Positions 24,259 to 37,336 of a stretch of DNA of 52,586 nucleotides are shown here, one piece after another. This stretch comes from Phoronis australis (taxonomy: Eukaryota > Animalia > Phoronida). Both the position numbers and the translations under genes were made by a program. The stretch is taken from the NCBI GenBank assembly GCA_002633005.1, contig NMRA01000971.1, forward strand, positions 32,433-85,018, written 5' to 3'. The notes under the pieces were generated by a model. That model was not told the origin of the DNA, did not search any database, and saw only the letters and a list, made by a program, of their open reading frames with translations. The stretch's first letter is position 1, and each line of letters opens with the position of its first letter.

Positions 24259-25399
24259 TACGCCCCACTATTTCATCGTCACTACTCTTAAATGATAAAC
24301 CTAGATTTATTTGGTGAATTGTATAGCGTAATATATATCATGGTGAACAACATTTTTGTGCTGGCACTTAGCTGCCCTCCAAGTTGCTCAGTATTCACGG
24401 TGTGTTCCCACAAGTACACGGGTTAAAACTGGGGAAAATACATGAAAACTAACATAAAATCCGCTCCCCCCTCTTTTGAAAATGTTCAAACAACACTGGA
24501 GACAATAAATATTTACTTTTTATTATATCCAGATAGTCTGTTATATCATAGTACTTAAAACTGACACGGTCACATATCCAGGATTATTGATCTTACATGG
24601 TATATCTGAACATGAAACTTTTATTGTGCAGTTTCTGTTTGCATCATTGTCTCCAAGAAAGACTAAGGATTGCCAGACATGACAGATTGACAGTTTGTTC
24701 AAATCTAGACCTGCATAAGTTCTGATTCTCAAAGGAGATAGTTCATGCTCTCTTAATCTCCATAAACAATCTTAGAGCGAGTATCTTGTTCCCTTGTTTG
24801 CACCTGAATGATCTGTTGTGTTCGGCTGCTGCACAGTTAGGGTTTCCGTACAGGTAAGGTTGTTTGAATCATGTCGCCCATGAACAGTCCTGCTAGAGAG
24901 AAGGCGTTCTCCAGAAGAGCTGAACAGTTTCCAATAGTCCAAAATAAGGACCCAACTTTTTATGCAGCATTCTCTTCAATGTTTGGAGTGCTCCTTCTCT
25001 CTTCCACACTGTTACTTTTTGAATGTCTTGGCCAGTCTGATGAGGAAACTGACATACACTTTGGCAAAGGAGCTTAAACTCTTTTCTTGCTTGTTGTTGT
25101 TCGTTCTCCGAAATCAGATAATTTGTAATTCCATGGTACACTAAGAATAATGACCCGTATTTCATATGACAAAGGATCACACGATTCTGTGTTGTATAGC
25201 ATGGTAACCTCCCAATAGCGGATTTGCAGCGCAAACGAACTACGCATAGCGCATGTGCGAGTTACTTCCTGCGCGAAGGCTCATGGGATAGCTTGTAGTC
25301 AGGCATTTCTTGAGCAGGCTTCATAGTGTGTGCATTTGGAGTGATTTGCAAACTAAAAACCATGTTTCATTTTTTGCTTTATAATACCAAGCAAGTCCT

Positions 25400-26607
25400 C
25401 TCTCGTTTGCAAACACAGCGTAGCTATGATCAGTGACCGTGTGACCGAGGGCACGACTGTCGTCATGTTCAGTATTGGGGCTATCGGCGTTGATTTCGAA
25501 ATCTCCGGTTTCAGACAAGTTGAGAGTTCTTGGGTTGCTTAACTTTTGTAGATTTCGCCGTGGATATGCTAGAGACGTTAATTTTAAGAGGAAACTCCGT
25601 CGGAATGTTGTTCTCATACGTCTTTTTTCCACCAGGAAAATGTTCGCTGCACACACGATGGCCCCTAGGCAATTACATCGCACTGGATGCCGCAGGCATT
25701 CAGGGGCTTTAGTACATCCTCACAAAAAGTTACTCATTTCAAAATACAGCAAATAAAATCAAATGAACCATACATATAGGAACACAGAGTTATAATTAAC
25801 AAATACCACGACTCTGGATACAATTTAGTCAGCAAAACTTGAACAAATCGATGAAAATCTGTCGTGGTTTGCTCGAGTTTCTCTCAGTTACCGGGTGCCA
25901 TTTTGAGGAAGTTACGTGAAATTACATATGTTGACGAATAAAAAGTCCAAGAAACACACATCTTACAAGTTTCACCCGATACCTTCTCATGCTATTTTAC
26001 AAGTGTCGCGCGCTAGCGTCACGCGCTTCGCTCAGTCTTGCGCTTACCTTTGCCTAATGACTCACATGATTCAGTTGACATGCTTTGTGGTTATCGCGCA
26101 TGCGGTGATAAAATTAACGGCAACCAAAAAAGTGGAGTTGTAATTCTTCGCCAAAGTCAACTTAATTCTCACAACTAAGCTTCATCAAATATATGTATAG
26201 AAGTAGAAAGGATCAAAGATGGAAGTAAGCGTTTTTTTAAATGATAGTTTTAAGTGTAGAAATTATTTTTGACGAGGTGAAAACTCAAAATTGGTAACCC
26301 AAATCTGGTCACGGCCTGTTTAAAATACACTGAAGTAACGAAATGAGTACAGAAAGCGAATGGAAGTATTGTAGCCCCTATATGGCCAATCAAGGGGCTA
26401 CGTGTTTCCTACTAGATGGCCCCGCGTTGGTTTGAATGCGCTAAATCTCCCCTGACTCCCAGCTCTCCTAATGTTGTTTATCCATTTTTCACGAAGTTCT
26501 TGGTTTGCAGGGAACACATAAAAACTCAGATTTTTATCTCTATTGTTGTTTTTGAAGCAGCCAGGAACACAACAAGTGTATCTGGCGTAAGTTTTCTTCG
26601 CGCTCAT
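25400..26607 (-). pseudogene. THAP zinc-finger protein fragment split by an insertion
   Basis: MSAKKTYARYTCCVPGC...SFYVFP...REKWINNIRR...KPTRGH (26607-26415) joins RVCSEHFPGGKKTYENNIPT (from 25656); DHSY motif downstream in a shifted frame. Confidence 0.88.
25666..26414. mobile_element. 749-bp unclassified insertion with 9-bp TSD
   Basis: TSD GATGGCCCC (25657-25665, 26415-26423); removal restores the THAP frame; ends TAG...CTA; subterminal hairpin GTAGCCCCT/AGGGGCTAC. Confidence 0.85.
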
Positions 26608-28617
26608 ACCGCATATTATGCTTGTTACTATGGCCGCCTTTGGAATCCTGACCACAGCACCCACAATGCACCATTTTAACCTAATTTCAATATGGCGTCG
26701 CTGCAAATCTTCTATACAGGGAATTATAAACAACCACCAACTTATGTGTACATTGAAATAAATGAGTTCCTAAGTTTTCCATGGATCAATGGGGACTCTG
26801 AGCTCAAGATTGGCTCATAGATTCATTGCTTATGACAGGGACCATGTGAGTTATTTGCTGTTTGGCGTACCTGAGGCCAACACGCAAGGCAACTGCATGC
26901 ATGGCTCTCTACATTTGGTAAATCTTAGAATTGAGTGATTGTGATAGATTTTCTGCTGCACATCCTTTTATATGTTTGTTAAGGAATAATCACTGCATTA
27001 ACTTTGAATAAGGTACTGTTAATGAGAGATATTTTGTTATGGTTGACATGGCTTCAGTAGACAATAAGCGATAATAAGGTAACCCGCTATGAGGATGACA
27101 CTAACCACAACACTTTTGGGAAAGCTGCATCTTCTATAATACCTCCTTAAGCTCATTTGCGGTAGCAGCAGTTATAATTGGCAAAATGCAAAATCGCCGA
27201 CTTCTGGAAGAGTTTGTCGAGCTGAGTGCCGTAGAGCAATGGTCAATCTGTGGCTGACATGGTCCATCTGAATTGCTACTGACTTCCATCTCAAGGATAC
27301 AAGTTGCGACTCATTTTCTGATTGTCATATAACATTTTTTGGTCATAGAGGTTAGAATGCTGCTCATTCTTAATATCGCCATGTAGGTATTCAAAACAGT
27401 GAATTCAACTTGTGGTTTTAACTTGTGTCACTTTCCCTTTGCCGAAACTCTGGTTTATCACAACACCATCGTTATGAGTTTACCCTTTGCTACTCTAGGG
27501 ATTAAATGCCCGTGATGATAGCATACTTGTTGATAATTCTTGATTGTTTACCTGTGTTTCATATTGCGACCTGTAGCAATTGCTCCAATTGGAGTGGAGT
27601 TAACCTTCCCCATTGCAGCTAAATCCACATATTTTGTAAAGAGTTGTAATGGCTATTCAAGTCGGGAAGTTATGCTTTCTTATGAACAGAAACTCTTCAA
27701 AAAGGCAGTAATTTTATGTTCATGGGAGTTGGCCTACTATTTGTTGTATATATGGCTAGCCGGTCAACCCAATTGTTTACACTACCTACCATGCTCTCAT
27801 CTCTAGTAGTTGAACTCTGGTCTTCTGTGCCTGTAAAACACAAAGACTCTTTCATCTGTAGCAGATGGCAGTCGGGGAGAAAGTATGAAAGTCGAAAATA
27901 TTTAAGTTTGTTTTTGTTTTCTTTGTTTACAACACTCCTGTCTTAAACCTTGAATGTAAAAACTTCATAATAGATTCAGGTGGATCTCTTAACAAGGTCA
28001 TGAATTTGTTTTGACGTCATCCTGCCAAAACAATTGGACCAAAGTTCTGAAAAAAATCTCATGTCCATAGAAAATGAAATCCTTGTTCGTTGCTCAGTGA
28101 CTCATCTTGTGAAAGTGAACATTTACTAAATTTATAACACATAGTGGTAAACAAGTCAATTTTATTTCTGTTTTTTTCATAAAAGCTGGCTAGAAGTGGA
28201 AATGGAAAAAGATCCATGTTGTTAATTATTGTAAGCGGCCACTGCCCACTCCCATTTTTGCCAATTTGCGGTTTAAGGGCCCACTGCTTGGATAATCTCC
28301 CAATCGCCCCCGTCTCAGGCTCAAGCGCCCAGGGCATTTATGCGTTTACAGTAGTTTAGTATGCAAAGCCGGGGGTGGTGGGAGGGTGGGACAAACTATG
28401 AAAGTCAAAAGACCAGGTTTGTTTTACTTGGCTTATGGTACTAATATCTTAAAACCTTGAAAAAATTCACACTAAATTCATGTGAATCTTAACTAGGTCA
28501 TGAATTGATGTTTTGATATGGCTTCCTACACAAGTAGATCAAAGTTCTGAAAAATTCTGATGTTCATGAAAAATTACTCAGTTTCTCATCTTGTTAAAAG
28601 TAACATTTTCCGGAATA

Positions 28618-30033
28618 CCGTATTCGTCGTAATAACCGCCCAGGGCGCTTAGAAAAGTTCAGTTCAGCGGGGTGCTTATTATAACCCAAGACAGTTGAAA
28701 CCCAGTCTCTGAAACGGGTGAAATCGGAAGCTAAAAAGATTGATGAAATTTACGCTCTGTGACGTATTTGTAATCTATGAAAGACTTCCAACAAAACTGT
28801 GGTGCATTGCTATCAAACTTTGCTGCTAAATTACGATCATTTTACAGAAAATTGTGCTGAAATCCCAGGGCGAAAACTCACTGACTGGCTGCCTCGAAAA
28901 AGCCGTCTTCGATATGGTGACTTCAATGCTTGAATAAAAATAGATTCGACTCAAGCAAATTACCTGAAATCCTCATTAAGTATTCTAAGTAGCGTCCCTA
29001 AGATTTTTTTTAAGTTCCCGTGGAGTCTGGATTATCGGCAGGTTTAAGTACAAATCTGTGCAACATCGTGCCATCTACATGTATGATCGGCAACACGGCG
29101 AGAAAAATGTCTGGACAAACACACATGATGTCACGTGACGTTTGTTTTGAAGTTCGTCTGCAAGTAAGCGAGCACGTGCGTGTCAACAGAATTCATTTGC
29201 CAAAGCAGAGACGGTCTTTTGGTCAGAGCCACGCAATCTAACGAGCTAGATGTGCATTGTATCTAAAGAAATTTGCACAAGCAGGCCTAAACCAGAGCGT
29301 GTTTCATTCAGCACTTGCCGGTCTCGTGCTAAACATGTTCAACATTTGTCTCGGCAAGGCCCATATTAGTCGCCGTGTAGCTGGATGCGTACGTAACTAT
29401 CTGACAGTTATTTTTCGGTGTAAGGGTGTGTAAGCATTCATTGTCGGTTGTCATTTTATCGGATATTTGGCTTAAAAACAACAATTATGGTTAATCAAAC
29501 AATCCATCTAAAAATAACTCAAACATGTTTTATAGTATTAGAAATTGCCGGAAATTAGTGCCAATATTCATTTCTTACCGATGCTATGCTTCCCGTTTCA
29601 TGAATGGATAGTTCCCGACTAATGTCTTTGATGACAGGTTCATACATGTAGCGCGCACTTCCTGGCCACGTGCGTTTAACACAGAGTTATTTTTATTCAT
29701 GAGACAGTCGATGTGTCTTCTGAGAGGTCACACCATAGTGGGACACGGTCGTCGCGAAAGTAGCAACGCTGCTGTGTTCTTTTGGAAGCGCTGCGTTACT
29801 TTGAAGTGTATAGTCATGACTAAATGCAAACGTAGCAGTGCCGTTGGTGGTCTAGAAGACCCGTGCAAAACATTTTTGATAAATTGAATACGTTACTGTA
29901 GCCGAGTTTTAGGACTGTAGGTACGTCATTGTTTGCATGTACACGTTCATGGACTGGGCGCTTATTTGAGTAAAGTGTGAAAATGCATGGGAGGCGCTTA
30001 TAGGGGCATGGGCGGTTATTATGGCGAATACGG
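28618..30033 (+). mobile_element. 1.4-kb Tc2/pogo-like MITE, copy 1
   Basis: TIR CCGTATTCG(C/T)CGTAATAACCGCCC; TA on the left, CA on the right; full-length homology to the other copies. Confidence 0.9.
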
Positions 30034-30171
30034 CATGTGGCAGACTCATGAACTTTTATTTTTTGTTCTTTTTCAAAACGACTAAGAAGCGAAAATTCAT
30101 AAAAGATCCATATTGGGAATTTTATAAAGTTACAAATGTACATTTAACGATCGCACTTTTTAAAGTTGGTA

Positions 30172-31585
30172 CCGTATTCGCCGTAATAACCGCCCATGCC
30201 CCTATAAGGGCCCCCCACGCGTTTTCAAACTTTGCTGAAATAAGCGCCCAGTCCATGAATGTGTACATGATTGCGAACAATGACGTACCTACAGTCCTAA
30301 AACTCGGCTACAGTAACATCTTCAATTTATCAAAAAATTTTTGCACGGGTCTTCTAGACCACCAGCGGCACTGCTACTTTTGTATTTATCCGTGACTTTA
30401 CACTTCAAAGTAACGCAGTGCTTCAAAAGGAACGCAACAGTGTTGCTACGCTCTCGCGACGACCATGTCCCACTATGGTCTGACTTTTCAGTAGACTCAT
30501 TGACTGTCTCATGAATAAGAATAACTCGATGATAAACGCACGTGGCCAGGAAACGTGCGCTACGTACATGAACCTGTCATCAAAGACATTAGTCGGGAAC
30601 TATTCATTCATGAAACGGGTAGCATAGCATAGATAAGAAATGAATATTGGCAATAATTTCTGAAAATTTCTAATATTATAAAACATGTTTGCGTTATTTT
30701 TGAGATGGATTTGATTAACCATAATTGGTGTTTTTAAGCCGAATATCCGATAAAATGAAAACTGACAGTGAATGCTTACACACCCTAATACACTGAAAAA
30801 TAACTGTCAGATAGTTACGTACGCATCTAGCTTAACACGGCCACTAATATGGGTCTTACTGAGAAAAATGTCGAAAGTTTTTAGCCTGAGACCGGTAAGT
30901 GCTGAATGAAACATGCTCTGGTTTAGGCCTACTGCTTGTGAAAATTTCTTTAGACACATCTAGCTAGTTAGTCTGCGTGGCTCTGGCCAGAAGACGGTCT
31001 GCTTTCATATTGGCAAATGAACTCTGGCGACACGTACGCGCTCGCTTACTCGCAGACGAACTTCAAAACAAACGTCACATGACAACAACATGTGTGTTCG
31101 TCCAGACACTTTTCTCGCCATGTTGCCGATCATACATGTAGATGGCACGATGTTGCACAGATTTGTACTTAAACCTGCCGTTAATCCAGACTCCTCGGGA
31201 ACTTAAAAAGGGATGCCACTTATAAAACTTAATGAGGATTTCAGGTAATTTGCTTGAGTTGAAACCATTTTTATTCAAGCATTGAAGTTGCCATATCGAA
31301 GACGGCGATTTTGAGGCAGTAAGTCGGCGAGTTTTCGTCCTGAGATTTCAGCACAATTTTCTGTAAAATGATGGTAATTTAGCAGCAAAGTTTGATAGCA
31401 ATGAACCAGTTTTGTTGAAAATCTTTCATAGATTACATATACGTCACAGAGCGTAAATTTGATGAATCTTAGCTTCCGATTTCACCTGTTTCGAAGACCG
31501 GTTTTCAACCGCCTTGGGTTATAATAAGCACCCCCCTAAACCAAACTTTTCTAAGCGCCCTGGGCAGTTATTACGACAAATACGG
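30172..31585 (-). mobile_element. 1.4-kb Tc2/pogo-like MITE, copy 2 (inverted relative to copy 1)
   Basis: Same TIRs, TA on both sides; reverse complement of 28618-30033. Confidence 0.9.
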
Positions 31586-31839
31586 TATTCATCGGATTAG
31601 TGATGATTTTGTCAATGACTCTTACACAGGCACTGTTTGCACAACTTTGTAATTCATATTCACAATGATGTTTCTTATACAATAACTGTTTTTAAGACGG
31701 TGCTTTTTTTTGAAAGTGATTGTTTTTTTACACCGTAGTTGTCCTAGATGGCTTAGTTTCTGTACTCGCACAGTCTTGACCTGTGATCACCTCTGTCTGT
31801 AAAACGAAAGTCTTTCATACAGCCTGGCTATTTTTCTAA

Positions 31840-34616
31840 TTTTTACGTGCCCACATCACATATTTATGTGTGGTCGCATGTTGTCGTCATCTCTTGGATG
31901 GGTATCTGGCGTCCGGTGTCCGCGGTTGTATCTCCGAAACCCCTCGCAGGATCTTATTAAAATTTTGGCAGGTGTGTTCCTATGGGGTTGACAACAGAGG
32001 GCAACGAGTTTTGGACCAACCCGAATACCACTGTGCCCCCTAGTGGCAGTTTTAGTTTTTTACATTTGCCTCTATCTTCAAAGGTCCTCAACTGATGTTC
32101 ATGAAATATGGCATATAGGACTATTAATGAGATGATGCTATCCTGCCATTTTTGGGTGGATTCAAGGCATTTTGCGCAACCTTAAAGTGGCCATTTTACT
32201 GTTTTCGAGTCTTGTTTTTTGGCGTCCCCCTTTATCAAACAAACCACTCTAAGAAAGCTTGTGAAAATTGGCATGTATGTTCTTACTATGAACAAGACGA
32301 ATGACAACGATTTTCTGACTTCTATTACTGTGGCGGCTCCTAGTTGCAGTTTTGTTTTTTTTTTGCGCCCATGGCTGACTATCTCCGTCCTTAACACAAA
32401 TGCAGGATCGTTACTAAATTTAGCAAGTGTATTGATATGAATTTGACAATAGACGAAAACATTCGGATGGATCGCGAATACCGCTGTGCCCGCTGGTGGG
32501 ACTTTTAATTTTCATGTGCCCACATATTTATATTTGGATGCATTATGCCGTCTTCTCCGTCCGTCTTGTGTCCGCTGCTCTTTCTCCAATACCCTTTGAC
32601 GTACGTTCATGAAATTTTTCACTCATGTTGCAATCATAAATGGGATGGTATGAGCAAACTTTTGGACGGATCTGACTACGAGTGTGCCCCCTATTGGCAA
32701 TTTTATTTTTTTATGCTTACCTCTATATCTTTAAAGGTCCTCAAGGTATTTTCATAAAATTAGGCAAATAGGCATCTATTAGTAAGATGACACTATCCTC
32801 CTGTCTTCGGATGAATTCGACATAGTTTGCACTATCTAGTGGCTTTTTTTGCTGTTTTAGAGTCTGTTTTTTGGCGTACACCCCTCTATCAACCAAACCG
32901 CTCGAAGGATGATTGTGGAAATTGGTATCTCTGTTTTTACTGTGAAGAGGACGGTTGACGACGAGTTTCGGACGATTTCGACTACTGTAGCACCTCCTAG
33001 TGGCAGTTTTGTTTATTTTTTTGCACCCATGGCTGTATCTCCTAAACCGTTGGCAGGATCTTTATTAAATTCTGCAAGTGTATTTATATGATGTTGACAA
33101 TGTATTGCGACGACTCTCGAAGGGGTCTGACTAACAGTGTGCCCCCTAGTGGCATTTTTTATGTTTACCTGAGTCTGTATCTTCAAAGGTCCTCAATGTA
33201 TTTTCATAAAATTTAGTAAGGCATCTATTAGCGAGATGATATTTAATCCTCCCGTTTTTGGATGGATTTGATGTAGCTTGCACCCCCTTTTGGCCATTTA
33301 TACTGTTTTTAGTCTGGATTTTCATATAATTTGGAATAAAAACATCTATTAGATAAGTGAGATCACTATCCTTTCATTTTGGAATCAATTTATTTTGCAC
33401 AACCTAATGGTCATTTTTGCTGTTTTTATGTCCGCCCCCTCTTGCAACCAAACTATTCTAAGGGTGATTGTGAAAATTGGCGTACATGTTCTTAGTAAGA
33501 ACAGGATGGTTGACAATGATTTTCAGACGACTTTGACTTCTGTGGTGCTTCCTAGTAGTGTTTTTTGCACTCATAGACTGAGGTATTTCCTAAACTTACT
33601 GCAGGATCTTACTAAGCAAGTGTATTTATATGCGCTAACTGCGAAGCGATACCGAAGCTAGTTTACAGTGAAGCAACACGTGTAGATGAGATAAAAGGTC
33701 ATATATATTATGACAAACTAAACTACTACAGATATCGGTAATTACAAAAGTTACATAATATGTTGAACTGTAAAGGTGGGTGACAATCTGCCTAGCAGCA
33801 ATGAAGGTATACATAAGTGGTGAATAGAATGTTAAGTAATAATACGCGGAAGCATAACAGCAACACCAGGACAGCGACATGGGGAAGGTAAGCATAAACA
33901 GGGAATTATGGAAAATTGGTTTGAGGGAGGGAGGGAAAGAGTGCAAACTGAAATTTGGAGAGAATTGTGGACGATGGCCCAGTGTTGCGACGAGACAAAG
34001 AGATCACGTGGTACAATTAAACCAATAATCGTAGAACAAAGAGGGTCACTGACCCGAGAATAAAAACAATATGATAGTGAGGACGAAGCAGCAGAGCTTA
34101 CATAAAATAATTTAATACTTAAATAATTTTATATGCGCTAAGTGCGAAGCGATACCGAAGCTAGTTTACAGTCAAACAACATGTGTAGGTGAGATAAAAG
34201 GTCACATATATTATGACAAACTAAACTAATACAGATATCGGTAATTAAAAAAGTTACATAATATGTTGAACTGTAAAGGTGGATGACAATCTGCCACAGA
34301 TGCAGCAGAAAGATGCATCCGCCCACCAAAGAAGTTGACAATGGACGAGGACGACTTTTAGATGAATCCGGCAAATGCTGTGCCCCCTGGTGTCCAGTTC
34401 ATTTTTTCTGTTTTGCTTTGCTTTGCTTCTCTGAAGCTCCTTGACAGGTTTTTATGAAATTAGGTAAATAAGTGATGGGATATTCTCGTTTTCGTATTAA
34501 TTCATTGTATTTTGTGCTATCTATTTACCATTTTTATGATACAAATAAACACCCCCAGAAGCACACCGTTAGCGATGCATTTGTGGGCACATTTCAGTGC
34601 TTCGTGTTGCTCTTGT
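31840..34616 (+). mobile_element. Second HINE-like family with ~150-bp internal repeats
   Basis: Heads TTTTA.GTGCCCACAT (31841, ~32510) with a GTCC-rich tract; diverged ~150-bp units each containing a GCCCCCTAGTGG-like motif; 3' inverted copy TGTGGGCAC at 34582. Confidence 0.65.
33625..34331 (-). mobile_element. B1-A-B2 module of a second Ngaro/DIRS-like family
   Basis: 168-bp direct repeats (33625-33792, 34128-34295); spacer with CACGTG and CCAAT; shares the GATAAAAGGTCA...TATTATGAC motif with the first family; interrupts a HINE repeat unit. Confidence 0.7.
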
Positions 34617-37336
34617 CAAGTATATCTGACTCAAGGGGTGACATGGAAACGTGGTCTTATTCTAATTCATTTCTTGGCATTAGGTTTATGTAAGCAAGAC
34701 AAATCTTGCTTCCTGTAACTGCTGAATGAATATCATGTGCCAAGCTTAAGAAAATGAGACTTTGATTTTCTTGTATCTAAAGATATTGGTTGTGGGTAGA
34801 ATTTTCTCATTCAAAGATTGTCTATAATTGAATTTTGTTCTCGATAGCAGTGCTGTCATTAACTCGTGAATAAATTCAATTTATGTCTTATGCACGTATG
34901 TGGATTTAGACCAATCTCTGCTACGGGCCCAGGTTTTATTTTGCAAGTCACACGCCATGTGTCAAACAACCCAGGAAAGGGACTAGGGACGGGTCAGAGC
35001 AACTTTGAATGAAGATTAATAGGTCCACACACTCTGTTTTAGATGGTTTCAAAATTTTTAATGTCCTAGAAGCACACTTTTTTAACCCTTATTAAATGGT
35101 TAGAGGACATTACATTAGGAACCACACAATAATTATCCCATAACCAATACATAATCCGTAGTCGAAGAAACTTGAAATTAAATGCGTCATTCACTATTCC
35201 GACCCGAAGATCACACTGCCATTTTTAACTAACCGTGAATCCGGAAGTACAATTCATTCAGGAACCCAGGTTTAACAATTTACGCTGTCTGTGCGACTGG
35301 AACAGTGTCTGTTACCAGCCTGCAAACAGGGACAAAATAATCGACGGCAGACTTCAACTTTAATAAACCCAAAATAGGGACAATTTGTACTGAAAATGTG
35401 GCAAAATAAATTTTGACAGAAATTTTTTTGCCGGGCTGGTACCTACCCGGTGCACTGACAAAAGACGAAGGCATGCCATTCCCAGCTGTTTTATTGTAAT
35501 AAATGGTTCACATCATGAATGCTGTATACATACAAAGATAGTTTCCGACACGTGTATAAATTACTGACTAGTAACAGTCCTGCACCAACCATTGACTTAA
35601 ACAATGGGCACCCCTGCGGGAACTATGGCGGGCTAGGCACTAAGCTTATTTTACTGGAACTTTGGTAAATAAACTGTATAAACAGAACAACGAACATGCA
35701 ACATCAAATTATTGAATAAAATTGCTATGTAGTTAGAATATCCTGATAGTTTAACTTGCGAAACTATGGAAAATAAATTTAGACACGACTTCGCTACGGC
35801 CGCCATACCGGTCAGCGTGGTCGGAAAGCGCCCGCGACTAACCCCTTGTTTCTGTCGGTCGCTCATGACTATAGCTTCTTTACTATAAGTTTCAATAGAG
35901 CTATTGTGAGTCAGCCAACACACTAGCTGGGGATTACCCGATTGCTGAGGGATAAACAGGTGCTTGCAGAAAACGGGATTGTCATACTTACAAATTTAGC
36001 CCTTCATTCTTAATTTCATGTATACCATTAATATTGTCGATCAAAAACATGTCTGTTCGCATTCGAATGGTGAAATTTGATTCATAACTTCCCGATTCAT
36101 AAAAATATATGTTGCACACACGGGAAGCCGTAAATTAATGCGCATGTGATGTGGTCCCATTAAGTTGACAAAAATGGTTGGTTATATAGCTCAAGAAAAC
36201 TGAACATTTTATTCTGATGATACCTAAAACTTGATCTGTTACTTTTTGAGTGGCAAGGCTAAGAAACAGTTACTTATTTCACATTTTATGTAATTGAATG
36301 AGAACTATTTTCTTGCCCATTGACAACCGACTGTAGTGCACAGACAAGTGACCATGCAGCGCTCCACTTGGATTGCTACTACTTATTCTCACGTGGCAAC
36401 AGTGCAGAAGTGCGTGATTGCAAGCTTCATGTGTTGGAGAGATTAACTAGTTGTTTGACGCAATAACTGTTTGAAAAACTAATTCAGGTGTGTTATTTGT
36501 GTTCGGGACAATGTTTATGCTCGATACTCCGTGACTCAATGAATTGTCAATGTACAGTAAGGTTTCGAGCGGTTGTCTTATCTCAATCGCCCGGCGCAGC
36601 TAACTTGCCGTTGCGTGAAACATGCTACGCAATGAAGATGAGAATCGGAAGCCGACAGAAGCCAGTCGTCAATCAAAAGTTACCGCAACAGCATTACTCA
36701 AGAACAAGTATTTGCTTAATATTTTATGTAAAAAATACTACCGTATTCGCCGTAATAACCGCCCATGCCCCTATAAGCGTTTTCAGACTTTGGTGAAATA
36801 AGCGCCCAGTCCATGAACGTGTACATGCGAACAATGATGTACATGCAGTCCTAAAACTCGGCTACAGTAACATCTTCAATTCATCAAAACATTTTTGCAC
36901 GGGTCTTCTAGACCACCAGCAGCACTGCTACATTTGTATTTAGCCGTGACTTTACACTTCAAAGTAATGCAGCGCTTCAAAAAGAACGCAACAGCGTTGC
37001 TACGCTCTCGTGACGACCGTGTCCCACTATGGTCTGACCTTTCAATAGACACATCGACTGTTTCACGAATAAAAATAACTCGGTGTTAAACGCATGTGGC
37101 CAGGAAGCGCGCGCTACATACATGAACCTGTCATCAGAAACATTAGTCGGGAACTATCCATTCATGAAACGGGTAGCATAGCATCGGTAAGAAATGAATA
37201 TTGGCACTAATTTCTGACAATTTCTAATACTATAAAACATGTTTGCGTTATTTTTGAGATCGATTGTTTGATTAACCATAATTGGTGTTATTAAGCCGAA
37301 TATCTGATAAAATGACAACTGACAGTGAATGCTTAC

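Larger units (their letters stand above)
25217..26713 (-). mobile_element. Non-autonomous ISL2EU-like DNA transposon carrying a THAP ORF
   Basis: TIRs AGCGGATTTGCAGCG / (rev) AGAAGATTTGCAGCG with AT on both sides, enclosing a THAP coding region. Confidence 0.7.

Noticed and set aside
27945-28610. Diverged ~160-bp direct repeats (~27945 and ~28450) as LTRs
   Set aside because: No TG...CA ends, PBS, PPT or TSD; more likely old repeat monomers.
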